The notes below the pieces were generated by a model. The model saw only the letters and a program-made list of their open reading frames with translations. It made no database searches and was not told the DNA's origin. A stretch of DNA of 47,547 nt, from the NCBI GenBank assembly GCA_030699485.1, contig JAUYMM010000026.1, forward strand, positions 1 through 47,547, given 5' to 3'. A program made the position numbers and the translations under genes. Below, piece by piece: positions 45,085 through 47,547 of this stretch. The stretch is from Candidatus Woesebacteria bacterium (GTDB lineage Bacteria; Patescibacteriota; Microgenomatia; UBA8517). The first letter of the stretch is position 1. Each line of letters opens with the position of its first letter.

Positions 45085-46130
45085 AACTTCCCGAGCTTCC
45101 AGTTTTCTTTCCTGATGCAACACGTGGACTAATTAAATCGTTAGATACTAGTGATATTGAAAGTACTAAGACAAAAGGGATTTTAGTTAATACATACCAT
45201 TTATACAAAGATTTAGGAATTGATTATATTAAAGCCCGTGGAGGCATAAAAAAATTTATGAATTGGAAAGGATTTGTAATATCTGATTCTGGAGGATTTC
45301 AAGTAGGAAGCCTAATCAAAATGAATCCTTCAGCAGGCTACGTAACAAACAAAGGTGTAATGTTTAAACCAGTTGGAGAGAAAAGAGTTTTATTAACCCC
45401 TGAAAAATCAATTGAGTTTCAAATGAATTTAGGGTCTGACATGGTTGTGGCTTTAGATGATTTTACTGATCCAAAGGCAACATATGAGGAAGCAAAAATT
45501 TCAGTTGATAGAACGATTCTTTGGGCAAAAAGGAGTAAAGAAGAATTTGATCGAATTTGTTCAACCATAAAGCATATAGCATATAGCAAACCTCTAATCT
45601 TAGGTGTTGTTCAAGGTGGTTTTTTCCAAGATTTAAGAAAATATTGTTGTGAAGAACTTGTAAAAATTGGTTTTGATGGATTTGGTTACGGAGGCTGGCC
45701 AATTAATGATGATAAGACTTTTGATTATGAATCTGCTAAGACAATAGCTGACAATACACCTAAAGGATATTTATTATATGGACTAGGTATTGGGATGCCT
45801 GATGAAATTGTTAACTTAGTAAAACTGGGCTATACAATTTTTGATTGTGTACTCCCAACAAGAGATGCAAGACATGGTAGAGCATATGTATATAAAGATG
45901 ATCTTTTAAAATATGAATTTTTAGATCTTACGAAAGGGAAAATGATGGATGATGATAGACCTTTATCAACATTGTGCGACTGTTTAACATGTAAAAGATA
46001 TACTAGAAGTTATATTGCACATTTATTTAGAGTCAAAGACTTTACAGCAGGTAGATTATTAACCATTCATAACCTCCGTTTCTATTCAATGTTGATGGAA
46101 AAATTAAAAGGACTTGACAAACCACTATGA
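45081..46130 (+). CDS. tgt: tRNA-guanine transglycosylase (queuine tRNA-ribosyltransferase family)
   Basis: DSGGFQV and zinc site CDCLTCKRYTRSYIAHL. Confidence 0.85.
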   Translation: MKLPELPVFFPDATRGLIKSLDTSDIESTKTKGILVNTYHLYKDLGIDYIKARGGIKKFMNWKGFVISDSGGFQVGSLIKMNPSAGYVTNKGVMFKPVGEKRVLLTPEKSIEFQMNLGSDMVVALDDFTDPKATYEEAKISVDRTILWAKRSKEEFDRICSTIKHIAYSKPLILGVVQGGFFQDLRKYCCEELVKIGFDGFGYGGWPINDDKTFDYESAKTIADNTPKGYLLYGLGIGMPDEIVNLVKLGYTIFDCVLPTRDARHGRAYVYKDDLLKYEFLDLTKGKMMDDDRPLSTLCDCLTCKRYTRSYIAHLFRVKDFTAGRLLTIHNLRFYSMLMEKLKGLDKPL

Positions 46131-46155
46131 TTATAGGTATACTCGGCCGACTAGC

Positions 46156-46782
46156 ATGGAAGATCAATCAACACAGAGTGAAGTAGCACAACAAGGTCCA
46201 CCTCAGGCCTCAAGTTTTCATTCGCCTACAAAATCTAAGAGTTCAAGTTCAAAATGGGTAATTATTTTTATAGGTCTTTTAATACTTGGAGTTGCAGGAA
46301 TATTTTTCTTTACTAAATCAAGTAGTGAGGCCATACCTTCTCCAACACCTTCATTTGGAGTAGTTCCAATAGAAGAAAATATGGAAGAATCAACACCTCT
46401 TCCAACAACATCTCCAGAACCAATTAATAAAGAAAAGGTTTCAATTGAAGTTTTAAATGGTACAGGAATATCAGGTGAAGCAAAACTATTATCTGATAAA
46501 TTAAAAGCATTGGGATATTCTAATATAACAGCAGGAAATGCTTCCTCAACAGATAACACTGAAGCTACAGTTACTTTTTCTAAAACTTTATCCCAGTCAA
46601 CTCAAGATGAAATTAAAAAAGAGTTAGATAGTTTTTATAAAACAGTAAATGTAAAAACATCTTCAACTCAAAAATCAGACATAGTAGTAGTTACAGGTTT
46701 AAGAGGAAACCAAACAGCCAAACCTACTTCTTCTGCAACGCCGTCTGCTTCCCCATCGGCTACACCTACAACAAACCCATAA
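46156..46782 (+). CDS. LytR_C domain membrane protein (paralog of 44524..45084)
   Basis: One TM helix, a low-complexity linker, then IEVLNGTGISGEAKLLSDKLKALGY. The track start is TTG at 46114. Confidence 0.7.
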   Translation: MEDQSTQSEVAQQGPPQASSFHSPTKSKSSSSKWVIIFIGLLILGVAGIFFFTKSSSEAIPSPTPSFGVVPIEENMEESTPLPTTSPEPINKEKVSIEVLNGTGISGEAKLLSDKLKALGYSNITAGNASSTDNTEATVTFSKTLSQSTQDEIKKELDSFYKTVNVKTSSTQKSDIVVVTGLRGNQTAKPTSSATPSASPSATPTTNP

Positions 46783-46802
46783 AACTAGTATATAATTAGT
46801 AC

Positions 46803-47240
46803 ATGCAAAATGTTATCTCGTTTTTTACTAATCTTTCTGTCGCGCCTGTTTATATAAAAGCTGGCATTATTGTAGTGTTACTTTTTCTTTTGGTTATATC
46901 TTTAGCCGTTGTTAGAAAATATTTTGTAATATCCTCACTTAAGGGCGTATTTGTGGGTCTTTTTTTTGGGTTTTTACTAGCTCTATTTTTAGAAGGATTT
47001 TTATTAATAGCAGGAAAAACAGCAGTAACTGAGTTATTAGGTTGGAAAGATGCACCAAAACCAATTAAAACAGCACTTGACATGGGCCATGAGAAACTTG
47101 TTAATGTCTTAGGTGTAAGTGATCAAATTCCACAGTCATATGCTTCTATTGATCCAACAATAGATGATGCAGTAAATACTCTCCAAAATCTAGATCCTAC
47201 TGAAATTTCAAAAATTAAGGCTATAATATGCACCCCATGA
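46803..47240 (+). CDS. hypothetical membrane protein (2 TM)
   Basis: Two long hydrophobic helices. No recognised motif. Confidence 0.55.
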   Translation: MQNVISFFTNLSVAPVYIKAGIIVVLLFLLVISLAVVRKYFVISSLKGVFVGLFFGFLLALFLEGFLLIAGKTAVTELLGWKDAPKPIKTALDMGHEKLVNVLGVSDQIPQSYASIDPTIDDAVNTLQNLDPTEISKIKAIICTP

Positions 47241-47262
47241 TTACAAATGTTCACATAATACT

Positions 47263-47547
47263 ATGATAGAAGAGCTAAATGAAAAGTTGAAAAACTTGAA
47301 GGTTTCCTTGGATATTCCCAAAAAAGAGTTGGAATTAAAAAAACTGGAAAGTTTATCAACAGATCCAAAACTTTGGGATGATCAGGATAACGCCAAAATG
47401 GTTTTGCAAAATCTGTCAAACTTAAAAGATGAACTTGATGAAATTAAAGATGTTTCAGATACTCTTGAAATTTTAAATGAAGTTGAAGATACTAAAGAAC
47501 TAAATAAATTAGTAAAACAGATTTCAAAACTTGAACTCAAATCATAT
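47263..47547 (+). CDS. prfB: peptide chain release factor 2, N-terminal part (3' partial)
   Basis: MIEELNEKLKNLKVSLDIPKKELELKKLESLSTDPKLWDDQDNA matches the RF2 N-terminal helical domain pattern. The frame stays open to the window edge. Confidence 0.75.
   Translation, partial: MIEELNEKLKNLKVSLDIPKKELELKKLESLSTDPKLWDDQDNAKMVLQNLSNLKDELDEIKDVSDTLEILNEVEDTKELNKLVKQISKLELKSY

Noticed and set aside
47263-47547. Programmed +1 frameshift site in prfB.
   Set aside because: The frame is continuous for all 95 visible codons, including the region aligning with the E. coli frameshift site, so there is no in-frame TGA. RF2 here appears to be unshifted.
1-47547. Alternative genetic code (UGA recoding, as in some CPR lineages).
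   Set aside because: Several well-defined genes end at TGA at the expected length (for example secD and aspS, via ATGA overlaps) and an RF2 gene is present. The standard code fits.
1-47547. CRISPR arrays, rRNA genes, transposases or IS elements, reverse transcriptases.
   Set aside because: No regularly spaced repeats, no rRNA-like segments and no ORFs with transposase, integrase or RT motifs were seen.

Overview
Low-GC (about 30-40% by eye), very tightly packed bacterial contig. It is dominated by housekeeping genes: secDF, cca, recJ, aspS, gltX, a DEAD-box helicase, dus, pyrB, lon, greA, lysS, serS, secA, tgt and prfB. The aminoacyl-tRNA synthetases are short and there are many small membrane or hypothetical proteins. 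By inference this looks like a reduced-genome, CPR/Patescibacteria-like organism using the standard genetic code. All product calls come from motif recognition in the supplied translations; no database search was run.

Main observations:
1. A 10.9-kb segment (17123..28004) is bracketed by a 27-bp direct repeat (26/27 identical). One copy is fused to the 3' end of a minus-strand tRNA-Gln(CUG), which is an att-like island signature. No integrase is present.
2. That segment carries an unrecognised enzymatic cassette: amidohydrolase, APH-like kinase, NadR-like nucleotidyltransferase, HemL-like aminotransferase, PaaK/LuxE-like adenylating enzyme and LuxC/ALDH-like reductase. It also carries tyrS, a class I/II aminotransferase and a GGCT-like protein.
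3. A canonical T-box riboswitch (7-nt UGGCACC bulge, terminator/antiterminator) lies upstream of a YbaK-like deacylase / small ORF / aspS operon.
4. A 59-bp duplication of the secA 3' end flanks an alpha/beta-hydrolase gene. The second copy creates a free 39-aa SEC-C zinc-finger mini-ORF.
5. A 26-nt GC-rich palindromic element is present twice, once intergenic and once in frame inside a methyltransferase gene.
6. A 52-aa Cys-rich, SmtA-like ORF is absent from the ORF track, and a candidate divergent sRNA lies next to it.
7. Both tRNAs in the window lack the near-universal U55.

No CRISPR array, rRNA, transposase or recombinase was seen.
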